Shown here in pieces: positions 37,189-49,065 of a stretch of DNA of 64,000 nt. Both the position numbers and the translations under genes were made by a program. Source of the DNA: Paraspadella gotoi (Eukaryota > Animalia > Chaetognatha). Location of the stretch: positions 23,272 through 87,271 of the forward strand of contig JBJCIZ010001662.1 of NCBI GenBank assembly GCA_051294375.1, read 5' to 3'. The notes below the pieces were generated by a model that worked only from the letters and a program-made list of their open reading frames with translations, was not told the DNA's origin and ran no database searches. Every line of letters begins with the position of its first letter. Position 1 is the first letter of the stretch.

Positions 37189-38666
37189 TTTAATAATTTT
37201 ATTTTTTAAAAACGGATTCCTATAGAGCTTAAAAAAAATGAAAGTTAAATGAAAGTTAGTACTACAATTTTTTTTAAATTTTAACTATAAATTGGTTAAA
37301 AATAGAAAAAACCTTTAAAAATTTATTATCATCGACTGAATTTTATGGTTTTTTTAAAATTTGTATCAATAAAACAAAAAAATTAAAAAGTTATATTAAT
37401 AACCTTTATCTAACTTTTAAAGCTCTACCAGAATCTATTAAAAAAAAATTTAAAAATTAAAAAAAATTTTAAACTTTATATTAAGCGTCAAAAAAATGTT
37501 TAATTTTAAAAATTTTAATTAATGGTTAAAATGCTAAAATTTAACCAGTGAACTGTTAAAATCGATATTTTTTTCTTTTCAAAAAAATGAATTAAAAAGG
37601 AATTCATCAAAGAAAAAATTGTGATAACAAAAAACAAAACAAAACATCAAAAAATCAATTATTGTTGGAAGTGGTAAAGTGAATTAAGCTGAATTAACTT
37701 TTTATTATTTAAATTGTTTGTTCCCCGTTATTTTAAAGTGGGAAATCTCTTTGCTTTTTTTCTGCAAAATGTTAGCCTTCTATGAGATAATGAGAGAGAG
37801 AGAGAGAGAAAAAGAGAGAGAGGGTGAGAGAGAGAGAGAGAGAATGTTTGATTACATGTTAATGTCTGTTAGATTGAGAAAGGGAAATTAAAAAGAAATT
37901 AAAATTCATTTAGTACAGTAAAATACATTTAGGCAATGTAAATAAGTAAGCAGTAACGTGATTAAAATTTGAAACTACGAAATTAATAAATAACTACATT
38001 GTTAAATAATAAACATTGAAATAAATGAAAGTAAAGGTGAAAATATAAAGTAGATAGATTTTTTTTTTAATATGGTAAAATTATAAGAAGAAGAAAGAGC
38101 TCTCTCTCTCATTATCATATATTGGGAAATTTCACAAACCAAATTTGAACTGAGGAAGGCTAACAACATCCCCGGAACATGTGTTTTTTTTTAAATTAAA
38201 TTAAATTCATAGTTTAAAATTAAAAATTATTTTTCACTTTTAATACGACTCAGAGACATCACGCTTAATTTCATGTGCACGAAAAAAAAATTATCGGTCA
38301 TTGAATTTACTTTGTCTGAATTTACTTTGTACTAACAAGTCATCCCTTCCTGACAGTTATGCTGGACAAACACATGCAAAATATGATTCGGCCCAGAATG
38401 ATACAGTAAAATACAGTGTAAAAGTTGAAATTTGGACTAGATACTTTGTTTCTCTGAATTCTTAAACCATAAGCCATAAACGAGTAAGACGATGGGTACA
38501 ACTGAAAGTGATATGTCTCTAGATGATAAAAATTTTTTCTTTAGTTTTTATTTTGAAATATAGGTATTATACAAATAGAATAAATTGAGATACTCCCACT
38601 TTGCCAAAATTTTTATTTAACAAAGATTTGTACTGCGTATTTCAAATCCTTAGTTCTCCGATGATA

Positions 38667-39985
38667 AAACAAGTTTGAGCAAACAATGTCGGATCTGCCT
38701 ACAATAATTAAGTGGTAATCTGCTAATCAGATGATAAATCACAATATTTTTTTAAATTTTTTTTAACTCGCATCATTTTTTGAACTCATATAATTTTTCA
38801 ACTCATCATTTTTTCAATTTACATCATTTTTACAATTCGCATCATTTTTTTTAACTTGCATCATTTTTACAACTTGCATAATTTTTACAACTTGCATAAT
38901 TTTTACAACTTGCGTAATTTTTTCAACTTGCGTAATTTTTTCAACTTGCATAATTTTTTCAACTTGCTTATTTTTTTCAACTTGCATAATTTTTTTAAAT
39001 TGTATCATTTTTTTCAAATTAATTAATTAATGAATTAATTAAAACATTTATTAGTAATCATAAATAAAAAAGATTCAAGAAAATGTGAATTATGTTTTTT
39101 CCATTTAAACTCATTTCCACAGGCACAATTCCGTCAAAACTTTATATCTAGCTTCTTCACACACTTTCCTTTTCAATCTATTAATTCAATTCTATTAATT
39201 CAATCTATTAATTCAATTTGAGTAATTATGGGTTAAAATAAGTAACATTGCAGGACTAACAAGATCGTGAAAACAAAAAGATTCAAGTAAATGTGACTCA
39301 TATTTTTTTTATTTGGGTAGTACCCACACACAAAATTTAAACTAAATCTATTCATCCAATTATGATTAAATAGAGTATTTATTGGTTAAAATAAGTAAAA
39401 AGATTTTAGTAAATGCAACTTATGTTTTTTCCATTTAAACTCATTTTCACTCGCACGATTCCATCGAAACTTTATATCCAGCTTCATCTCACACTGTCTT
39501 ACCCACACACAAAATTTCATTCTAATCCAACCAGCCAATCACGAGTTATTGGAGCTTTTTGTTAAGATGGGAGGGATGGATGGATTGATTGACTAATTAA
39601 TTATTTATTGATTAATTAATAGACTAATTGATTAATTAACTGATTAATTATTTGATTTATTAATATATCCTTCATTTACATTTAATATAAAAGGAAAAAG
39701 AAGCATAATCAATGAGTGAAACAGGTTTTTTGTTTTTTTCCATTTAAACTCATTTCCACTCAAACGATTCCATCGAAACTTGATTTCCAGCTCAATCACA
39801 CACTTTCCTACGCAAATACAAATTGTGGGACGGACGGACGGACGGACATAATTTTTTTTGCATAATTTATCATAATTTGATGTTCTGACATGATATAAGT
39901 TAGTGCCCGACAATATTGAGGGGGCGGACCGACGGACCGACAGTAAATTATAGAGTCGTGATCTGCTGATAAGCAGATCCGACTA
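38667..39985 (-). mobile_element. Helentron/DINE-like family A, complete copy
   Basis: subTIRs gtcggatctgc/gcagatccgac, terminal hairpin gatctgc-tgataa-gcagatc, (ggac)n microsatellite, internal 17-bp repeats at 38760-39015, and A-run flanks. Confidence 0.75.
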
Positions 39986-40159
39986 AAAAGTTATTTTTTT
40001 GCATAACTTTTGAAAGAAAAAAGATAGGATGGTGGGCGAGGTATCAAATTAAAGCCCTAATTATGGGACACCTTCTGAAAAAGTTTTTATAAATTTTATC
40101 CTAAGTTGTAGTTCATTCAATAGCGATGTCGCCGGCGATTCACGCACGAGTTGCAGGTG

Positions 40160-42453
40160 TGGTTCTAGTTGGTTGGCGACTTCGCCATGGCGATATCGCC
40201 AGGGCTTTGGCGATGTCGCCAGTCCCCCACTGGCGACCCGCCAGTGATAAAAATAGCGAATATAATGAAAAGCGCAGCTAACACGGGATGAGCATCACCT
40301 TCAGGCTCCTCTCCCAACCCTAACCCTAAACCAAACCTCCCGTTCAACTCTGTGCCTCTCCCTAACCCTAACCCGGGCCTGGGCCTCCCATACATCTCCA
40401 TGCCTCAACCCTAAACCTAACCGCCTTTGATGCATCAACCACGGGCCCTCCCCCAACCCTAACCCTAAACCAAGCCTTCCGTTCAACTCTGTGCCTCTCC
40501 CCTAACCCTAACCCAGGCTCAGCCTCCCGTACATCTCCGTGCCTCAACCCTAACCCTAACCGCCTTCGATGCATCAACCACGGGCCCCTCCCCAACCCTA
40601 AACTAAGCCTCCCGTTCAACTCCATGCCTCTCCCCTAACCCTAACCCAGGCCCAGCCTCCCGTACATCTCCGTGCCTCAACCCTAACCCTAACCGCCTTC
40701 GATGCATCAACCATGGGTCCCTCCCGCAACCCTAACCCTAAACCAAGCCTCCCGTTCAACTCCATGCCTCTCCCCTAACCCTAAACCAGGCCCGGCCTCC
40801 CGTACATCTCCGTACCTCAACCCTAACCCTAATTGCCTTCGATATATAACCCACGGCCTCTCTCCCAACCCTAACCTAAACCGGGCCCAGGCCTCCCGTA
40901 CATCTCCGTACCTCAACCCTAACCCTAATTGCCTTCGATATATAACCCACGGCCTCTCTCCCAACCCTAACCCTAAACCGGGCCCAGGCCTCCCGTACAT
41001 CTCCGTGCCTCAACCCTAACCCTAACGCGGGCCTCTTGGTCATCAACAACACCCTACCCCTATCCCTAAAATTGACATTAATAATAAGCCTAAAATAAAC
41101 TTAACTTAACTCAACCCTAACCCTAACCCTAAACTACTCAACCCTAACCCTAAACTACTCAACCCTAACCCTAACTACTACCTACTCAACCCTAACCCTA
41201 AACCAACTCAACCCTAACCCTAACCCTAATCTGAGTTTATTTTAGGCGAAATCGCCATAACTAGAACGCTAGATGTAGTTCACAGCTAAATCGCCAAATG
41301 GCGAGGGCGTCATGGCTAAGTCGCGATTTGGCGATTTCGCACTGAACTACATCTAGCGTTCTAGTTATGGCGATTTCGCCTAAAATAAACTCAGATTAGG
41401 GTTAGGGTTAGGTTGAGTTGGTTTAGGGTTAGGGTTGAGTAGGTAGTAGTTAGGTTAGGGTTGAGTAGTTTAGGGTTAGTGGGTTAGTTAGGTTAGGGTT
41501 AGGGTTGAGTTAAGTTAAGTTTATTTTAGGCTTATTATTAATGTCAATTTTAGGGATAGGGGGGGGAGGGTGTTGTTGATGACCAAGAGGCCCGCGTTAG
41601 GGTTAGGGTTGAGGCACGGAGATGTACGGGAGGCCTGGGCCCGGTTTAGGGTTAGGGTTGGAAGAGGCCCGGGTTATATATCGAAGACAATTAGGGTTAG
41701 GGTTGAGGTACGGAGATGTACGGGAGGCCTGGGCCCGGTTTAGGGTTGGGAGAGAGGCCCGTGGGTTATATATCGAAGGCAATTAAGGTTAGGGTTGAGG
41801 TACGGAGATGTACGGGAGGCCGGGCCTGGTTTAGGGTTAGGGGAGAGGCATGGAGTTGAACGGGAGGCTTGGTTTAGGGTTAGGGTTGCGGGAGGGACCC
41901 ATGGTTGATGCATCGAAGGCGGTTAGGGTTAGGGTTGAGGCACGGAGATGTACGGGAGGCTGGGCCTGGAGAGGTTAGGGGAGAGGCATGGAGTTGAACG
42001 GGAGGCTTAGTTTAGGGTTAGGTTGGGGGAGGGGCCCGTGGTTGATGCATCGAAGGCGGTTAGGGTTAGGGTTGAGGCACGGAGATGTACGGAGGCTGAG
42101 CCTGGGTTAGGGTTAGGGAGAGGCACAGAGTTGAACGGAAGGCTTGGTTTAGGGTTGGGGGAGGGGCCGTGGTTGATGCATCAAAGGTGGTTAGGGTTAG
42201 GGTTGAGCATGGAGATGTATGGGAGGCCCAGGCCCGGGTTAGGGTTAGGGAGAAGGCACAGAGTTGAACGGAGGTTTGGTTTAGGGTTAGGGTTGGGAGA
42301 GGAGCCTGAAGGTGATGCTCATCCCCGTGTTAGCTGCGCTTTTCATTATATTCGCTACTTTTATCACTGGCAGGTCGCCAGTGGGGGGACTGGCGACATC
42401 GCCAAAGCCCTGGCGATATCCGCCATGGCGAAGTCGCCAACCAACTAGAACCA
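40160..42453. repeat. 2.3-kb palindrome of a TTAGGG-containing minisatellite element
   Basis: The left arm is CCCTAA-rich and the right arm TTAGGG-rich. They are reverse complements from tggttctagttggttggcgac to gtcgccaaccaactagaacca, centred near 41310. Confidence 0.92.
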
Positions 42454-42504
42454 AAAATTTTAAGACAGAATTTGTTTAAAACCTAGTTAAAAGTATAACA
42501 GTTT

Positions 42505-42850
42505 TTGGAGTTAAAAATTAGAGACAGTTTGAGTTTAGTTTTGACAACGATTTTTATTTTATTCAAAACAGACATGTTTCGGCTTCATTTCAAGACTTCA
42601 TCAGCGTTAGTGAACTTTTGTGTAAAGGAAGAGAGAAAGAGAGATAAACAGAGAGAGAGAGAGGGCAAAGTTTCCAATACAGAGTTGAGAAAGGACAGTG
42701 GTCAATTGGTGAGGACAGGCTGAAGTTGAGAAAAGACAGAGTAAGTTGTGAAAAGAAGTGAAATGGTGAAAAAGAGAGAGAGAGAGAGAGAGAAAACAGT
42801 GCAAAATCTTTACATTGTGTAATGTATAATAATAAGAAAAGTTTTAAACT
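42505..42850 (-). mobile_element. Penelope-like terminal repeat fragment
   Basis: A CT-rich tract followed by a hammerhead core; similar to 58500-58900. It interrupts an older repeat homologous to 6540-7150. Confidence 0.6.
42566..42608 (-). ncRNA. Minimal type I hammerhead ribozyme motif
   Basis: Minus strand reads aacg-CTGATGA-agtcttgaaatgaagcc-GAAAC-atGTC-tgtt: core motifs, palindromic ACATGT stem III, and stem I aacg/tgtt. Stem II is imperfect. Confidence 0.65.
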
Positions 42851-45320
42851 GATGAATATTAGTTAAAATTTTTAATTAATGCATATGAATTTTTTGTTTT
42901 TCTTTCGGATTTGGAAAAAGGAAAGACTGAATTACATTTTGATTACCAATAAAGCTTTTTTACTCCATAAATTTGCATGTATTTTTAGTTAAAGTAAAAA
43001 ACAAGCAAAAATACATATAGTAGCATGATAAAATGTTATTTTAAATATGTAAAATTATAAATTGAAAGTTATTTTCAGTTTAATATAAACAGTTTGGATG
43101 TCTACCTTTGTGTCTGTGAAAAAAAAATAATCATTTTTTCATAATGTTTAACTGAAACAAAAAGCTTGACTCTCTGCTTGTTTATCATATTACAATTTTA
43201 AATAGATACAAATACAAACATATATTTTTTAAATTTTATTTTATTTTAAGCTTTTATCATTTTTTTTATATAATATATATTTATATTAATATTTATATAT
43301 ATTTATATATATTTATATCCACAAATACATCTAATATTCTCAATTTTAGCAAAGCTTTACTTCTTTAAATATTTAAAAAAAAATATTCGACTTGACCAAT
43401 GGTCATTCAGAATTTTAGTTTTGCATAAAATAAAGATATCAAAAAACGAAAAACATCAGATTGTTCCAAAATCGAATGCCTTGAATCTGATATTTTTGTG
43501 GCTAGCAAGCCTCCCACTCAACCTTAACCCTAAATCTCTCTCCCAACCAGACAATCAGAGCGCCTTTGCCTAATATTTTTATAGATTAGAAATCGTATTT
43601 CAAAAGAGATATTGATTTTAATAAAGAGATTTTGACGAACGAATGAGAAAACATCTGTTCTTATAGATGGTCATTCAACTAACTTTTAAAACTGAGAAAT
43701 GCTTAAAATTTTTAATAATATTAGTTTAAAAACGAGTTGATGGTTAATGGTTAATCACCGCTGAAAAATAATTTGGTAAAATTAAAATTTATTAATTTGA
43801 ACTTTTGTTTGCTTTAATTACCATGGTTTATCTTTACAAGGCTGTCAACTATTGCTCAGAACTTTTCTCCATTATTTTAAATTATAAATGTTTATTATTT
43901 AATAAAATGCTTATTAATTTTAGTTTAAAATTTTAATCAAGTTATTGCTTACTTATATACATTTCTTAAGTGTATTTTACTGTATTAACTGAATTTAAAT
44001 TTCATTTAAATTTCCCTCTCTCAATCTCACTGACCTGTCGTCAAACAATCTCTCTCTCTGTCTTTCTCTCTATTTCTTTCTCACTGAAAAAGGCTAACAT
44101 TTTGCATAAAAAGACCAAAAAAATATATTTTTATTGCAGCCGAACTTTTTATCGTCGCAATCGCTTTGCGTTTGCGACGATCTAGTAACGCTTTTGGGCA
44201 TAAGTGGCGTCGTCGTCGTCAGCGTTCCAAATTATAGACTCTAGTTAAAACTTGGCATACTCTATGCTAGATCTGGCATAATTTCAGTCCCTTTAGCCAG
44301 CAAAAAAGTGAACTAGCATATGGCATACAATCTAGCATAATTTTATCATCTTTATGATATGCTAGTTACATGCTGTTACATGTAATGAGTTCAAATGGAG
44401 AAAATAATATAGATATACTTGGTTGAATATCGGCGACTATCTCTTGCTGAGCATAAAATGATAATGAATCTTTTCCTAAACTTTATATAAAATATGACGA
44501 TGACCTGAGAGATGAAACCGGTGAAATATTAGGGTCAAGTTTGATTGAGGGAGGAAAAGAGAAAACGGCGATTGAGGGAGAGAGGAAAACGACCGAACGA
44601 CCGAGATTTGGTTGAAAATAATTTATGATAATTTTTGCAATTCGGGTAAGTTCTTCTACATAAAAGAATTAATTATTTGTGACGAGGGTCTACAAAATAT
44701 GTTTCTTGAACATGTTGATTTAATAGTTTAATTGATAAAGTTGTGTTTTCCTCTTATTTGATCTTCAAATTCATTTATTTTAAATTCGTTTTAAAAGAAA
44801 AAAATATAATTAGGACCCCAATGCGCATTTTTAGTTTACCGCCTTCTCCGCTCGATCGCTCGCGGCTTAAATAAAAAGAACTACGAAGCGAGCGCTAGTT
44901 CAAACGTTTAGTGGAACCAAAAAAATTATTTTTCGATCGCGAATCTGTTTTGCGAAGAGGGATGGAAAAACGGCGGGTTTTTGCCTGCCATTTCTAAACG
45001 CACAGGCCCATTGACTTGAAATTTTGCATGCGCAATATTGACATCATTTCCTATCGATTGATATAAAAATATATAAGAAAATGTCACGGACGGCGAAACT
45101 ACATGCATATCTACTAAGGGTGTTGAAGCAATTTGAATGGCGGAATTGAATGGTGGAAAGCAATTTTTTAGGCCTCCACAAATTGTGTTAAAAATGTTCT
45201 TTGAGATATTTAAAACTTGAGCCATTTGTGCAACGGACGGCGAACCGCTCACGGCATCGTCTTCCACAGATATAATTTTATAATATGAAGTTTTCTGTAG
45301 ACGTCACCCGATTTTTTCAG

Positions 45321-45500
45321 AGCCTCCAACGCCGATCGATGACTCCATTGGGCCTTCCTCCGGCCGACGCCGAATTCGCTCTACCATCAATTCCATTGTC
45401 AAATTTCGTCTCACGGGGCGTGAGAAAAAGCGGGACAAAGTGGATGTCGACAAGGACTTCACTGAAAATGTACACATTACGACTCTCAGGGCCATGACCG
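45321..45500 (+). CDS. SLC30A9: Zinc transporter 9 (ZnT9)-like internal exon
   Basis: Bounded by ttttttcag and G|gtgata. The frame reads PPTPIDDSIG...KRDKVDVDKDFTENVHITTLRAMT, matching the ZnT9 N-terminal motif (human YTQNNFITGVRAINE). The supplied ORF track shows other frames. Confidence 0.75.
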
Positions 45501-46165
45501 GTGATAAGATTAGGTTTAAAATCTACGTAATTTTATTATCGCCAGCAAATTTTGCGATATTTTTTTAAAATTATTATTATTATCCCTACTCTATAGTTTA
45601 CTTTGTCGGTCCTTCGGTCCGCCCACTCAATCTTGTTAGGGCATTCACTTATATTTAGGCGTCTAAAAAACGGTTAATTTTAAAAATTTTAATTAACGGT
45701 TAAGATGCTAAAATTTAACTGGTTAACCATTAAAATTGGTTAATTTGCCAACTATCATTATAATGATGAAACTAAGTAACAAAAAATAGTTTTTATTTTC
45801 AGTAAAAATGAATTAAAAAGGAATTCATCAAAGAAAAAATTGTAATAACAAAAAACAAAATAAAACATAAAAAAATAAACTAATGTTGGAGGTGGTAAAG
45901 TGAGTTAAGCGGAATTAACTTTTTATAATTAAAATTGTCAATTCCTCGTCATTTTAAAGAGGGAAATTTCTTTGGTTTTTTTTATACAAAATGTTAGCCT
46001 TCTTCAATGAGACAATGAGAGAGAGAGAGAGAAAAAGAGAGAGAGAGAAGGTGAGTTAGAGAGAGAGATGTTTGATTACATGTTAAGGTCAGTTAGATTG
46101 AGAAAGGGAAATTAAAAGGAAATTAAAATTCAGTTAGTACAGTAAAATACATTTAGGCAATGTAA

Positions 46166-49062
46166 TAGACACATTTAAATACGATTCTTTTTAAGATAGA
46201 AATCTCAGGAGAACGGCATTCTTTTCCTTTTTTTCCGTTTTATCTGAATATATGACTTTTGTTAGACTTTTTAAAATTCTTGGCCCTTCCCAGGAGCGCC
46301 AAAGTGCCACGAGCATCAAAATTCACAAATGTTCGTAGATTTTTTGAACAAGTTCTATTTAAATTTAATTTATTTTTATATCAATTGAGTTCATTCCTGA
46401 CTAGACATGAATTGCATTGCAAAGTTAGTTAAGTATAGTTAACTTTTTAGAAATAGTTTACGGGTGCTTATTATGTTTGGAAAACTATTTTTACCAAACG
46501 GAAGTTACCAAAAACAGTCAAAAAATTAGTTCTAAAGATACCAAACTATTTTACTCAATTTGTCTAGATATGTTTTATATGTTCTTTTTATGTATTTATT
46601 CAAAGCTTATAATTTAAATATTTCATTTTGGAAGTTTAGTGTGTTATGATATAGTCTTAAGGTTGATAGCGATCGCAACAAGCCTTTTTAACCTTAACTT
46701 TGACCATTTAAATTGGCTGGATGAAGCTTTTCATTTGCTATTTTATGTCAGATTACTACAAATCAATAATGACCAATATTATATTGTTTATAATAGTGAA
46801 ATATTAGTGTAAGACATTGTACATTAAAAAATATTAAGATGTTACGTCTAGGTATGTCTGTAGAAGAGTGGTCGTCATCTTCTATTCGTTCAAACTTGAA
46901 TTTAAAAACCGACACGAAAGAAATTAAATATGCAAAGACAAACATGTACGATAAAAAAGAGGTGAATAGAACAAAAAGTCAAGTCTCTTGAACCTTGAAC
47001 GCTTCTCTAGAAATTGTGGCTGGTGGACTGATTCATGTAATCCACACGTCGGCACAATGACTCCCCACGTCTCTACTCGAGGAGACTCTGTGGAAAAGCA
47101 ATAACGCATACAATGCCCTCTAATCACCTGTTAGCAACCAAATTATTAAATCAGCTCGACAGGCCCTGGCCTACCTTAACCTGAAAACGAGGGCACACTG
47201 CGAGGATTATTTTGAAATGTCAAAGTGAGTCGCTCAAAGATCTGTTCCTCACGGAAACATTACCTGACACAGTGAGCCATCGATGCATAACAGGTTCTTT
47301 TAGTCGGTAAAAGAAGCTGAGGTTGACTTGACCCTCCTTTGTCCATGGGATCGCCTATTGGATCGTTGGTATGAGCTGCTCGGATCGGTTTCAATGGCTC
47401 GAGGGATCATCCATGTTTTATATGTACGCGTACGTGTCAAATTTGTTGCCGAGTGGATCGCTATACTTATTCGTTGCATCTTGTTTGTGAATTTGTTCAG
47501 CTATCGTACTTTATCTATTTCATCTTTATTTTAGTTAATATTCTACCCTCTATCCTTTCTATTTTTTTTAATTATTTAATACAAAATATTGTGTTTATAT
47601 ATTCGATTAAGAGGAGAGATTTAGTATATTTGAGTTACTTTCACAGGTTTTTTTAATGATTTTTTCCACTTCAAGGTTAATATTCTTCTATCTATTTTAT
47701 ATATTGTAATAAATAGTTCTATTTTAAAACATGATAGACTGAACTCTCAAAGACTTCTGTTTTCCTTTCATTTCCTATTTTCATTATCTCTCAATCTCTC
47801 ATTGGGTGATTCGTCGGCTGAGTAGTAATATTACATCTTGAGATAAAAAAGATCTGATGTCACTGTTTTGCCAGAAATCAGAGGAATTCTCAGTATATAT
47901 CAAAGAAGTGACATATAATAGAGTAGAGGCATAAAATGAATCGAATGAGTGGTTCACACTCCAATGATTTGTAGCTTTAAAGCTTAGTAAGAAAAATGGT
48001 GTTTGTTAGGTGTGGTCGGGTGGGCTAAGTTTTTTAAATGAGGACTTGAGCTGTCTCCCCTTTATGGTCGGTATCTGAAAGCTGTATTTGGGTTGGATAA
48101 ACTTTCCTGATGGAAGTATGTGTCAACGTGGCATCGTTGAATCGAGAGCGTAGCAGTCCTGCGTGCATTAGAGGCCGATGTTCTTAGGGATCTGCGCTTG
48201 GTACACGACTGGATCTCCCCTTCTGGAGCCATTCGAGTCGGGGGAGTTTCATTGTCGGACGGCTACGTTGTCTGGGCGTTGGTGTTCATCCACCACGCAA
48301 GTGCATCTTAGGAAGGTTCAAAGGTTCAATCGAGTTATGACGTTTTTCGTTTAGAGTGTTATCACTGTTTGTTAATGTTTTTTTTGTTTTGTAAATTTGA
48401 GTTTGAAATAAAGATGAGCAACAACGATTACAATGTTTAAGTATTTGTTGTTTAAAATGTATCTTACACCATATTTCTCTATTATAACAATATATATATG
48501 TTATTATTGATTGAGGTATCTGACAAAAAATACATGAAAGTTCATCAGTCATTTTTAAACATCAAAATTAAAATAAAAAGCTGCGCGTCTGCAATAATAT
48601 AAACAATATCTAATAACTAAATAAAATATTTAAATTAAACTTTTGAAATAAATGATAAAAAAGAACATGTAAAATATCTAACGAAGTTTATAAAAAGTAG
48701 TACGTTAGCTTTAGAAACTAATTTTTTTGCTGTTTTTGATACTTCCGGTTTGTAATAATAGTTTTCAAACATTAATAAGCACTCTAAACTATTTTTTAAT
48801 AATATTAACTAACTTGCAATGCAATATTCTAGTCAGGAATGAACTAATTATATTAGAAAATTAAATTTAAATAGAACTTGTTAAGAAATCTACGAATATA
48901 TGTTGAATTTTGATGCTCGTGCACTTTGGCGCTCCTGGAAGGGCCAAGAATTTTAAAAAGTCTAACAAAAGTACATATTATCAGATAGAACGGAAAAAAG
49001 GAAAAGAATATGCCGTTTTCCTGAGATTTCTATCTTAAAAGAATTGGATTTAAATGTGTCTA
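46166..49062. mobile_element. hAT-type element with about 400-bp inverted arms
   Basis: Ends tagacacatttaaat...atttaaatgtgtcta; 46166-46570 is the reverse complement of about 48660-49062. It interrupts a repeat seen intact at 37480-38190, with an approximate TSD caatgtaa. Confidence 0.65.
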
Positions 49063-49065
49063 CTA

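Noticed and set aside
40165-42448. GLGLG/PNPNP ORFs as proteins
   Set aside because: They are translations of TTAGGG/CCCTAA repeats.
44492-44525. tgacga...gaaaccggtg hammerhead-like motif
   Set aside because: The core C is missing, there is no stem II, and the cleavage triplet is GUG.
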